Source of the DNA: Kudoa neothunni
Taxonomy: Eukaryota; Animalia; Cnidaria
DNA length: 64,000 bases
NCBI GenBank assembly: GCA_964304625.1
Contig: OZ199839.1
Location: 1,738,093-1,802,092, forward strand
Direction of reading: 5' to 3'
A program made the translations under genes and the position numbers. Each line of letters begins with the position of its first letter. Positions within the stretch are counted from its first letter, which is position 1. Shown here piece by piece: positions 1 through 10,600 of this stretch. A model generated the notes under the pieces. The model had not been told where the DNA came from. It saw only the letters and a program-made list of their open reading frames with translations, and ran no database searches.

Positions 1-899
1 AAATTTTTCTTCGATCATTGTAGAAGTGATAAACATCATAGCACGCTTTTTAATTGTTTTACACCCTTATATTGTGCTAATTTTTAATAGCGGGCGTACG
101 CTGTATCAGCTGTTCATAAAAATGAGCCGTCTCATACAAATTTAATATGTATTCTGGATTGTATCTTGACAATATCTTTGAAAAATTTCTCATCCATAAA
201 TAAATATATTTATAATCAACGCTCTCCTTCTCCGTACAATTTGAGTTTTTCAGAACGTAACACCTCCTGAAATTATTAAACTAACTCTCGGTTCCGCCGA
301 AACCATTTATTCAAATATCTTTGGAAATAATACAAGATTTTTCGATCATTAGAAAAACTAGATAATATTTTTTATTTCGCATTGAAACTATCCAATTGTA
401 AAAGTTATTTTAATATCCTTACATTGTCGGGGTTTAAATATTTTTCATAATTTTGAAATGATTGAATCTATAGGTTCGTCTTATTTAGATGAACTTTTAT
501 CAAGATTTAAGAGACCTATTTTAAATTATCGAACAATATTGGAATGAATATAAATTGGTAAACCGAAACGTCTTACAATAATATTAGTAACACCGCGTAT
601 AGACTTAAAAAAATTATAGTAATCTATTACTTTTATTATATCTTTATTAGTTATTTGAGAACATGCCATACTTTTTATAGTGTATCCGTCAGATTAAAGG
701 GATTAAAACCAAAAAATGAATTACGTAATGATGAGACACAATGTTTATCCTAATTTGATTTATATCCGCTAGTTAAAAATTTTTGTGTTTTCGTATAATT
801 ATTCATTTAAGCATATTGAATATGATTTTTATGTTTTTTTAGTGAATTAAAGCACATAATACTAATAAAGCTAAATTGCGCAGTATCGGGTCACAACTG
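1..899 (-). mobile_element. Degenerate Tigger/pogo transposon relic (5' part, runs off window start)
   Basis: Minus-strand fragments YNPEYILNLYETAHFYEQL...KGVKQ..KRAMMFIT resemble the Tigger YxxxxIFNxDETGLF..KKRVT motif. A TIR-like end at 875-899 (revcomp CAGTTGTGACCCGATACTGCGCAA) is followed by TA and resembles the TIR of the Tigger at 2256-6731. Confidence 0.55.
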
Positions 900-1133
900 T
901 ATCACATACTTCACGCATACGTCAATAATGATAATTTTTAATCACAATAACTCTTACTCACAAATTACTTAAAAATTTAATAAGTTAGAATCTGTCATAA
1001 TTATTTCTAGGCTTTGGAGTTAAGTAACGGACTACAAATAATCAATTATAATCAAAATTAAAGGCACCTAAATGACATGGAGAAAATTTGTCCGATAGAA
1101 GACTTGCACGCGTACGCGCAATCGCGTCTGACG

Positions 1134-2077
1134 TGGGTACGGCAAATTCGTGAGTTTTATTCGTGTTCGTTCATACGAACAAAAATTGTTAAAAGTCAAA
1201 ACGTACGAACACGAACGAAATCATAATTTCAAATTTTTGAACGAACGGATCTTCGCCCTGAGGGAATCTAAATATATCGGTCGTTTAAGAAAGTATTGGA
1301 TTTTAGAGACAATTAACTGGATATTAACGAACAATATCTGTATATGGTTTCAAAAATAAATTATTTTTAAATTAAAACTTACATTTATTGGCTGAATTAC
1401 GATTTAAATTGGCACATTAACTATGTTAGCGGCTTTGAGTGAGAAATATGGTTTATGATATTTTCTTAATTATACCTGAAGCATTTGGGTGATAGCTAGA
1501 TCACGATTGGAGGATAATAACGTCGTTTTCAACCTTATTCAAAAAGATTTTCTGATTATTTTATCATGATCATAACATATTTCACCATTTTCGCGGTAAA
1601 TTTTCTAACGCAGACTTAAGAAAACCGCATGAGAGAGTTTCCACAACTAATGATTTTCGTGATTACAGAAATTTTTTTGAATCAAAGTTATGAATAAGGA
1701 GGCGAACAAGAAAATTTTTTAATTGTTGAAAAGATCGATTGTGGTGTGGAATTAAAAAGAATCAATAACTATTTCATATTGCGCATAACTAACAGTTAGA
1801 TTTATTAACTTTATTGTTGGAATAGATCAGCAGTTTCAACACGGTCAACGAGTTCATGCGTTAACAATTTCTTTTGTGGATTTTTTCGCAATTAGAAAAA
1901 ACTCTCTCGGAGCTCGAGGTGCCGGTAGGTTTCGAAAAAATAATTGTTACCAGCTTTTTTAGATTTCGATATTTAGAATCCTTCAATAGTCTAAGGCGGG
2001 GATGGTAAGTGCGTGCTCGCTCGCAAATATCCAAATTTGCAAAAAATATTAATTAACGAACGAAATTGTCATCCCTG
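1134..2077 (-). mobile_element. Internally deleted hAT element with dimerization-domain remnant
   Basis: Minus strand ~1830-1985 reads KYRNLKKLVTIIFSKPTGTSSSERVFLIA (hAT dimerization motif PATSxxSERxFS). Right end revcomp is CAGGGATGACAATTTCGT versus left TGGGTACGGCAAATTCGT. Imperfect 8-bp TSD GTCTGACG/GTCTGGTG. Confidence 0.5.
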
Positions 2078-2852
2078 GTCTGGTGTGGCGCACGATTCGC
2101 AGTAAAATAATGAGGGGTGCATATTTTCGAATTCTTAAAGTTTCATCTGGTACAATTTTGATATTATATAAAAATTAGTTATTCACAAAACATTATGTTG
2201 GAAAAGAGAATGTCCTGCAAAAATCCCTTCGTATCTTTCAGACAAAATGGAAATTCAGTCAAACCTCGATATTGCGAAGTAAATCGGAGATTCAATTTTA
2301 CTACGCAATACAAAATTAGTACGCAATATCGATGCTCGCGCGTGTGCATTGAAGGGAATTGTATTTTTATTATTTAACCTATTTTTTAAGCATAGAATCC
2401 AGAAATGAAAATATAAGTTAATTGTTAAATGAGGTTCCTTTTCATTTTTTGTGAAAAAAGTCCGTTATGGTAGTTTGGAGTTCTCTTTTTTTCGTATTGA
2501 GATCAGTCGGTCCATTACAGGGTGTAGGTCGAATAAACCTTCTGGTTCTTCCGCGATAAAAGTTTCCCTGAAAGTTTGTATTGCGCCCCTTATTTTCTTT
2601 GTAGGGACCTTTTTTATGGCTTTGTCTGTTTCATCCTTTTCGTTATCAGATATATCATCTATGTCGCTATTAATGACGGAGAGGAGTTTGCTTCATCGTG
2701 AACTTTTTCGTAAATTTCAGAAGATGATACATCATCAAATGAGTCCAGTTAATTTTAGAGAAATAATTTTTGATAATATACCTTCATTAATGTTACCATA
2801 TTCTTGAATTTCTTGAATAGTTGTTGATGCTATTCAACATATATTTATAATT

Positions 2853-3280
2853 TTAATCAAAAACACCCAACTTTTTAAAACAATTAATAATTGTTTCCTT
2901 CGAAAAATTATTCCAAGCATTTTTTAACTTTTTTAAACAATCGAATAAAGTATAGTTTTTTAATATTAATTCATTATCATTCAATACACTAATCGAATGG
3001 AGAATTTTTTTATAGTTGCTTTTTAATGAGTTAATCATTCCTAAATCATAAGGCTGTAATATTGATGTAGTATTCTTCGGCAAAAATAAAAATTTAATAT
3101 TTTCTAGACCGTCCATGTCTTTAGGATGGGAGGGACATTGGTCTAATAAGATTAAAACTTTTCTATTCTCTTTTTCAAACATATTGTTAAATTTTTTCAT
3201 AATTTGAAAAAAGATAGAGACGTTCATCCATGAGTTTTTCTGTGAAAAATATTCATTTGGTAGATGGGATATATTTTTAA
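2853..3280 (-). pseudogene. Tigger transposase, C-terminal half (DDE_1)
   Basis: KNSWM, LILLDQCPSH, FLPKNTTSILQPYDLGMI, AWNN..ETIINCF. It joins in frame with the N-terminal half across TTAA (KPRCF-KNISHLP). Confidence 0.9.
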
Positions 3281-5767
3281 CCCTCCAACGGATGAAAAAA
3301 CGACCACCCTCCAACGGGATTTGGGGTAAAAAAGACCCCAGATTTTTTTAAATTTAATGTATGCAGAAAATTATTATAAACTTATGAGGGAAATATGGGA
3401 AAATTCTGCCTAAGTAACGCTGAGAAAATAATCAATTACTTCATAATTAATCTTCAGTAATCCTCTTCGGCAAGATTAAGCAGATATCGCGATAAATCGT
3501 TTTTATAACGTATAATATGTTTAGTCTTATTTAAAATAATGAAAAATAACATTTTAGTAAAAAATAAAAGATAAAATATTTTCAAGGGTCCCTAATAAAT
3601 TTGGTTTATATTAGCTAGCAATTTAGATATTTATTTGACGAATGGGCGCGACAGTAGAAACTTCCACATTTTGAGCATTTGGATGAGGTTTTCTTATCGT
3701 TTTCACGAGGACAATGTTCACATCTTCGTTTAGAAGTATTTGAATCTGCAAAGTTGTATGTTTCCATAGAAGTTGGATGAGATCTTTTTGAACATTTTTT
3801 CATTTGGGAATTTCTCTCCAAAAGAGGTTTATACAACTCTCCAGCCATTTCTTTCAGAAAATCACGTCTCAATTTTGTGGAATCGTTAAATATGTGTTTA
3901 TATAGACAAAATGAATTTATTAAAGCCAAATCCAACATATTATAAAAGACCACCATGGGCCAGCGTCGATTAAATCTGCGGACCGAAACGGAAGCCAACA
4001 TCCGATCCACGGTATCTACTCCTCCTTTGGAACCATTATAATCCACTATTGTTTCAGGCTTTTGTTTATGTGTATCGTTGGTTATGTTGGTGTTGGTTGT
4101 TCCTGAGGATAGGAGAATCACCGCTCTTCTTTTTTTGTTGACATATGAAGTGATCATATATTTATCAAAAAATATAAACATAGTGCTGAATAAGGAACGA
4201 TTTCTAGACGGAAGAACACACGGTGGTAAATCTCTCTTATTGTGTCGAATTGTTCCAAGGTATGTCAGACGTTTGTCTAACAGCTTCTCGGCTAGTCTAA
4301 GGGAAGAGAAAAAATTATCTGCAACTATAGTTCTTCCTGAGTTATACAAGGGAGCTGTAAGGGAAAGCACAATATTCTCACCAACACCACAGTTTTGGCT
4401 AGCTTGAGTTCCGTTCTTTCCTAGATAGGGAGAAATGTTTACAACATATTTGTGGACTGGATCGACAGCTAGGAAAAACTTTAGGCCATATTTCGCCGGC
4501 TTCATCGGCATATATTGTCTAAATGAGCATCTTCCTCTAAACGAGACTAACTGCTCGTCAACGGTAACATTTTCACCGGGGAAAAAACATATAGGTAGAG
4601 TCTGGATCCACATGTTCCATATGTTGCGAATTGGACAAAATTTATCCAATTCTCTTCTTTCAGATCTGGTGCTTGGATTATTAAAATGAATACATCGTAG
4701 AATTTGGCGAAAACGATTAAATGAAAAGATTTCGCGATACATCTCTCTCCCTTCCTTTATACTAAACATTTCTAAAAGAGGTTGCTCTCTGTCTTTGTAG
4801 ACAGCCATCAAAATTAGTGTTCCGAAAAATCCTCTTAATTCAACGTCGTCTAAATCATTCCATAAATCAGAAAAGTGTAATTTCCCGTGAACGTTTGTTT
4901 GTTTTATTATTTCCTGGCAAATTTCATCAGTGAAGAATATAAAAAAACAGTCCAACACGTTTTTGACTCTTTGTATGCAATAAGCTGTTGGCCCAGGTCG
5001 AGGATTCATGATATTCTCCTTCAGCATTTTTGATGGAGGTGGCTTATTCAATGTCCAAAGTATTCCGCTTTTGCTTGTCGTAGAATCCGCAGGATGTTCG
5101 CAATCTGATGTATCATCGGATTCTTCGGAATATTCAAGAACGGTTTCATCAATGTCGCTACTTAAAGGTTGATATTCATCGCTAAAATCCTCAGATGGTG
5201 CCATGATTATCTCAATGTGCGCAACAAACGATAAAATTGGTGTATATTTCGCGTTAACTCTCATATACGGTCCTAAGGCTTAAATTATCTATAGCTTATT
5301 TTGTAGGGGATTATTTATTGCTAGTACACGGAGGTAATATGTTAATTTTGTTTGTATTTAGCTAATAAACATTGACCTTGCGGTATTCATATAAACGATG
5401 GTTACGATATGTTGCGATTACATACTTAATCGGATTACGGCGGATTATATTGATTAATAATTGCTGAATTTGACAGTATTTATTGGGCAGATTTTTTTTT
5501 AAATTTCCAAATCATCTTATAATAATTTTCTACATACGTCAAATCAAAAAAAATCTGGGGTCTTTTTTACCCCAAAGCCCGTTGGAAGATAAAAATTTTG
5601 TTCGATAAGAAATAATCAATATTCCACATAAAGATTTTTATAAATCTATTTATTAAAATAATTTAGGAGAATAGACGAAATTTTAAGTATCCCAGATAAT
5701 TATAAAATATTCTATGGACAAATTAAAATCGTTTTGGGGTCTAAAAGACCCCAAGCCCGTTAGAGGG
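3281..5767 (-). mobile_element. Full-length piggyBac transposon (2487 bp)
   Basis: TTAA at 3277-3280 and 5768-5771. TIR CCCTC(C/T)AACGG. Internal palindromes TGGGGT-N8-ACCCCA. ~70-bp subterminal inverted repeat (3310-3380 vs 5516-5587). Confidence 0.95.
3615..5264 (-). CDS. piggyBac transposase (DDE_Tnp_1_7 + C-terminal Cys-rich domain), intact ORF; probable start is MAPSEDF at ~5204
   Basis: Catalytic triad VTVDEQL / IVADNFFSS / KGGVDTVD, FRGRCSFRQYMPMKPAKYG, RRWPM, and C-terminal CxxC..CxxC..CxxH. Confidence 0.95.
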   Translation of the reverse strand: MRVNAKYTPILSFVAHIEIIMAPSEDFSDEYQPLSSDIDETVLEYSEESDDTSDCEHPADSTTSKSGILWTLNKPPPSKMLKENIMNPRPGPTAYCIQRVKNVLDCFFIFFTDEICQEIIKQTNVHGKLHFSDLWNDLDDVELRGFFGTLILMAVYKDREQPLLEMFSIKEGREMYREIFSFNRFRQILRCIHFNNPSTRSERRELDKFCPIRNIWNMWIQTLPICFFPGENVTVDEQLVSFRGRCSFRQYMPMKPAKYGLKFFLAVDPVHKYVVNISPYLGKNGTQASQNCGVGENIVLSLTAPLYNSGRTIVADNFFSSLRLAEKLLDKRLTYLGTIRHNKRDLPPCVLPSRNRSLFSTMFIFFDKYMITSYVNKKRRAVILLSSGTTNTNITNDTHKQKPETIVDYNGSKGGVDTVDRMLASVSVRRFNRRWPMVVFYNMLDLALINSFCLYKHIFNDSTKLRRDFLKEMAGELYKPLLERNSQMKKCSKRSHPTSMETYNFADSNTSKRRCEHCPRENDKKTSSKCSKCGSFYCRAHSSNKYLNC

Positions 5768-6303
5768 TTAAAACAACGAGGCTTCTGATATTTACCAATT
5801 ACAAATAATGGTAATTTTGAACCATCTAAGCCCGCAGATACTAAAACCGTAACACGCTTCTTGGACACTTTAGATCCTCGGAAATCTTGTGCTCCTTTTA
5901 ATACGTAAGTCCGCTTATTAATTTGTTGATGAAAAAGGGCACTTTCATCAACATTAATAATATTTGTTGGATCGTAACTTTGCAGAATATCTTTATTCTC
6001 AAATTTCCAAGCATATATTGAAGAAGAATCAGCACTAGATGCTTCCCCGTGAAGTCTTACGGAACCAAGTCCAAATCTACTTTTAAAGCAAGCCAGCCAT
6101 CCTCTGCTTGCATTAAAATTGTCGATATTCTTTTCTTTGGCGATTGACAATGCTTTTGCTATTATAATTTCGCCAGAAATTTGTTTTTTATTTCGGGCAT
6201 TTACGATCCAATTATAAACTTCGGTATCGACATCTTCATGTTTACCACTAGAAAATCGCTTTCTCTTGTTAGAAATATTGGAATCAGTAATTTTTTGTTC
6301 CAT
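5768..6303 (-). pseudogene. Tigger transposase, N-terminal half (HTH_Tnp_Tc5 and start of DDE_1)
   Basis: FNASRGWLACFKSRFG, IINVDESALF, KKRVTV, VIGKYQKPRCF; ends at the TTAA of the piggyBac. Confidence 0.9.
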
Positions 6304-7645
6304 TGAGAGAATTCTACTGAGAGTTGAATATTCTTAACAAAAATTATCGTTATTATTAATATAAAGTAAAAACATTTGAATACTTAGTCCGAATTTCATT
6401 ACGGTCATTTTTTTGCAATTTTAATTGATTTAATTGAATTATAGTAACTAATAATTTTATTCTTCTCATCAATATCTCGCAGCACTCTCGACATTGTCAA
6501 TTTTACTGCGCACTATCGAATCAAACGCGCAATCCGGACTTTGAATTTGCTACGCAATGCAAAATCACTTCGCAATATCGAATAATATACGTTGTCGTTT
6601 ATTTAAAAAAATTTTTCTTCACAATAATTTTATAATATTAGCATTAATATATCTAATATATTTTCCAATTTAACTAAAATAGGGCAAATACAAGAGATAT
6701 GGGGCTACTACGCAATACCGAGGCACGACTGTAATTCCCTCAGCATATAATCATAAGCATGTATTCGCTGAAAATGAGACTTCGAAAATTCAAGACACTG
6801 AAAAAAACATCACATTTACTACTCAACAGGTTTATTCCGTTGCAACAAGCACTTTAAAATTGTGCGAATTGCCATTCTCAATAAAAGTCATACATATAAA
6901 ATATTTGAGAAAGAAATTCCATAATTGTGGTTAAAAATGTTAATTTCCAAAAACTCAGTATTTCTACACTTCGCCAAAAGCTATATTTCTAATCAATTCG
7001 AATACTGTCATCCTATATTAATTTCATTTTGCGATAAGCTAAAAGTTTATCAGAGCAATATCGAAAACGATATTGATTTTCAACTGGCCAACTTAAGGAG
7101 ACAATTATGTTCTACTTACGGTTAAAAGATAGCTGATATAAAAATATGCGTGAAAATTACCATATCTTTAATAATACGGATTTCTTATATCTTACTGCTA
7201 AAAAATATTGCAGGAAATTTAAACAGTTGCCTAACTATTGATTGTTTTTGATTGAGATTGCGCAGACAAATTTTCCCCCTTGTGCACTTAAATATTATTT
7301 ACCGTGCCAATAGCCACATCCTTTAGATTCTAAAGGAAATCGCTATTGTGACGAATAAATAAAAATAGCCAACGCCAAAATTTTTCATAAATGATATTAT
7401 TTTCGAACGGGGGATTTTTTTAATTAAATAATTTTCACATTTTGACAGAAATAAGTGTAAATTAAAATTCGATAAATAATTAAACGAAAATATCTATGGA
7501 ATAATTTTAGAGGATATCGTAAAAAAATATATTCTGTGGAATCTATTTTTTGAAGAGCAGGTTAACTTATAGCTCTGATTGAAAAGTTTTGAAGAAACAC
7601 AAACTGAATAAATCTCAAAAAGTGTAATTAGTGAGGAATGATCAA

Positions 7646-10600
7646 TCATAAATCTCGAATGTTGGGGTGGTCTCGACCACTCTTGTGAGGAACAAATAAG
7701 GAACGACCCCTTTTTGTGATGATGCATCCTGAAAATACAACAAAAGTAATCAAAGCTAAGAATAAAAACACGAAAAGCACCAACACAATTCCTTCCAGAA
7801 ACGAATATTCTAAATAGTCGTATTATTATATTTCATTACTACAAAATACATACCTAATTTGTTACTATATAAAATTTTGATGTAATAATGTGTTCTATCG
7901 TGGAATATTACGATTTCCGTGGATGTGATTGGGGGGAAATTAAACAAACATTTTCCGGCACGCTCAAAGCTTCTTAGGAAATTTTCAGGTTCCTCAAAAA
8001 TCACTGTGGTGCACAAATATGTAAGTAAAGGATTCAACTCGTCCATGGTTTTGAATCCCAAACGCACCGCAACACAATCTTCGAATACATCACATGAAAC
8101 CTCAGTACTCTAAATGAGAATGATTTCACGTTTTCACCGAAACGCGAATGTAGATATAGGAGGGAATACTGTTTTGGAGCAATCACTTGAACTGAAACCT
8201 AATTCACATTCAGTAATTTCTTGTATACCTACGACTCCTGTTGAATCGTACTAGAAGTCAAGATAAGATAAAATCTTAACGATAAAGTTTAGTTACATTG
8301 ATTCCATTCGCCGTAGTAAAGCTATCACAAACATTCTCTGGGAGTGATTCAATCGGATATGTACTTTGTTGACAATCGCGAAAAGCGCATCTGGTCGCAT
8401 ACTCGCACTGAATAGCTGGGCAGCAACCAAATTTATTAGGCTTGCAACAGTTCTCTCTATTGATTTCCTGAATTGTGGGATTATAGTCAGGTAAAACAGT
8501 GGGTGTAACAGATATAATATTTGAGCACGTATTTCCATTCCTTGAATATTTGTGAATACAAAATAAGGTTGGAAAAATAATACCTATCAGATGAACAACG
8601 ACAGCCTCCACAGACCAAAGTTCCACTATAACTACAATCTTCGCTGTTGGCTATCTACAAGAATGTAAGAATAGATGCGAGATAGGTAAAGTTATTGTTA
8701 ATCCCGATTTTCACTATAATATCTGTAAAGAAATATGATCTTTTTTTATTTAAACTAGGATTATAATAAAAGTTAGGAAATTTTATATTACACAAATCGT
8801 AATATAATCATCACGGTAAAACCAAGAGTAAATTTAACGTCCCTTTATTTTATAATCTTCATTCCTTATACATATATATATATATATATATATATAGTTA
8901 CTCGTGTATAATAATGTATTTAGAATAAATATATTTATTTTGAAACTACACATTAAAACGATCTTTGCACTCTTTTTATTCACACAAAGTTTTTAAACCT
9001 AATTCTATCTATTGGCTTATTTAGCATAATTGAGTATAAAAATTATCTAAAAACTAGAATGTAAATGTATTCAAAAATTCAATGTCCCATTATCATAATG
9101 ACCGGTATATCTTAGAATTAACACAGAATCATTCCTGGATCATTTTTTTTGTCACTAATTTCTTATATTACAAGAAATTTGTAAATAAATCATAATTATT
9201 CTGTTTATATTTAAATATTACATATCACAATTAAATTATTAGCTGATACTAAATTTCTTAGTTTGAATAAGAATAATTTATTATTTTATCATGAGTTTGT
9301 GATTTTAACGGTCATTAATTTCTTAAAATCTCCTTATTTATCCAATTATTTCATATATGCATCAGAAAAATATATAGTAATGAAAAAATATTATAAGGAT
9401 CAACAATTCTCAAATCAAGTATAGAGAGAATATTAAATCATTAGATGTCTCTACTAAAGGAGTGTTAGAATATTTTAAATATTGCATTAGCTAATACAAC
9501 AAAATCTCATCCCATAGTCTATGAGTAAATCGTTTTTTTATTATTTTTGCGATTAAATTCTCGACTTATCTGCTTCATCGAATAATATGCTATGAAATCA
9601 AAGCGTCATTCATATCATATTCTGAAATAAATTTTACAATATTTTCCGAACAGTTCTCAATATTTAATAATGTAAAAATATATTTTTGTCATTCATGCGA
9701 AGACTTAAGTAAATAGCTAGTTATAAAGGCACCGGCATTATTAACTATAATACAATATATTATTTATTTAAGTATGTACTCTTGACTTATCACATAGTAA
9801 AATTATTCTTTTATTTAACAACCATCATAATCTAATTCTGCGACGGAGATTGTCACAATCCTGACGATAAAGAGTGGTTGTATTGCGTAATATATATCGT
9901 TATACAACGATCTATATTTTGATCAACAATAGAATAACATTTGATTTTAGAATATTAAATTTAGGAATTATTTGAGGAGGAAAAAGACAAAAACAACTAC
10001 CAATTTTATTTTCAAATTAATACACTAATCCACGATAGGAAAGGGATCTATAAATGAATTATCACTCAAAGTGGTTATTTTTCCTTCAAACTGCCAAAAT
10101 ATACGGCAACATTTTAATAATATAACCTATGTGTTAACTCATAATCATCAAAATAATAAATTTTGAAAAAAAACTTTCAAATTTTGGGCAAGATTTGAAG
10201 TTCAACAGGTCATGTTCGAAAAAATTATAAATTTAAAACAACTGTACGTAATAGGATTGACATAGTAGTTTGTGAGAGGTTCCGCATCGGACAAAATAAA
10301 AAATAATTGCAAATTTTTTTTAATTAATTTGAATACTTTTATCGATTTATGGTTAAGAAAAATATTGAAGTGGCTACAAAATTAATAAATTAAAAAATAT
10401 AGTGTTTGTAAGAGTTCAATATTTCCAATTTAAAATTATTATTCGAAGTTAAAAGTTTTTGAATAAAACGAAAAAATATATATTTATAAAAATGAAAGTT
10501 TAAATATGATAATCTTAGTTAATTAAAAATTTTTTGACAAGATTAAGCGTTTAATTATTTGAAACAATAAGTGATAAAACATTAATTCAAGGATATTTGC

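Larger units (their letters stand above)
2256..6731 (-). mobile_element. Tigger/pogo (CENP-B HTH + DDE_1) transposon interrupted by piggyBac
   Basis: 25-bp TIRs CAGTCAAACCTCGATATTGCGAAGT (2256) and revcomp CAGTCGTGCCTCGGTATTGCGTAGT (ends 6731, followed by TA). Subterminal TACGCAATA repeats. ~2 kb after removing the insert. Confidence 0.9.
2082..7321 (+). mobile_element. Decayed MULE relic hosting the Tigger insertion
   Basis: Right end ACCGTGCCAATAGCCACATCC resembles the MULE TIR at 39050-39075. Fragments either side of the Tigger (CATTATGTTGGAAAAG ~2190, CGAAAATTCAAGA ~6785, GQLKETI ~7085) resemble the MULE at 36085-37400. The left boundary is uncertain. Confidence 0.35.

Noticed and set aside
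2451-2807. 118-aa plus-strand ORF with a hydrophobic stretch
   Set aside because: Antisense to the frameshifted acidic tail of the Tigger transposase.
4078-4689. Plus-strand ORFs of 84-109 aa (also 17901-18428, 13970-14254, 14841-15062)
   Set aside because: Antisense shadows of piggyBac transposase frames with no independent motifs.
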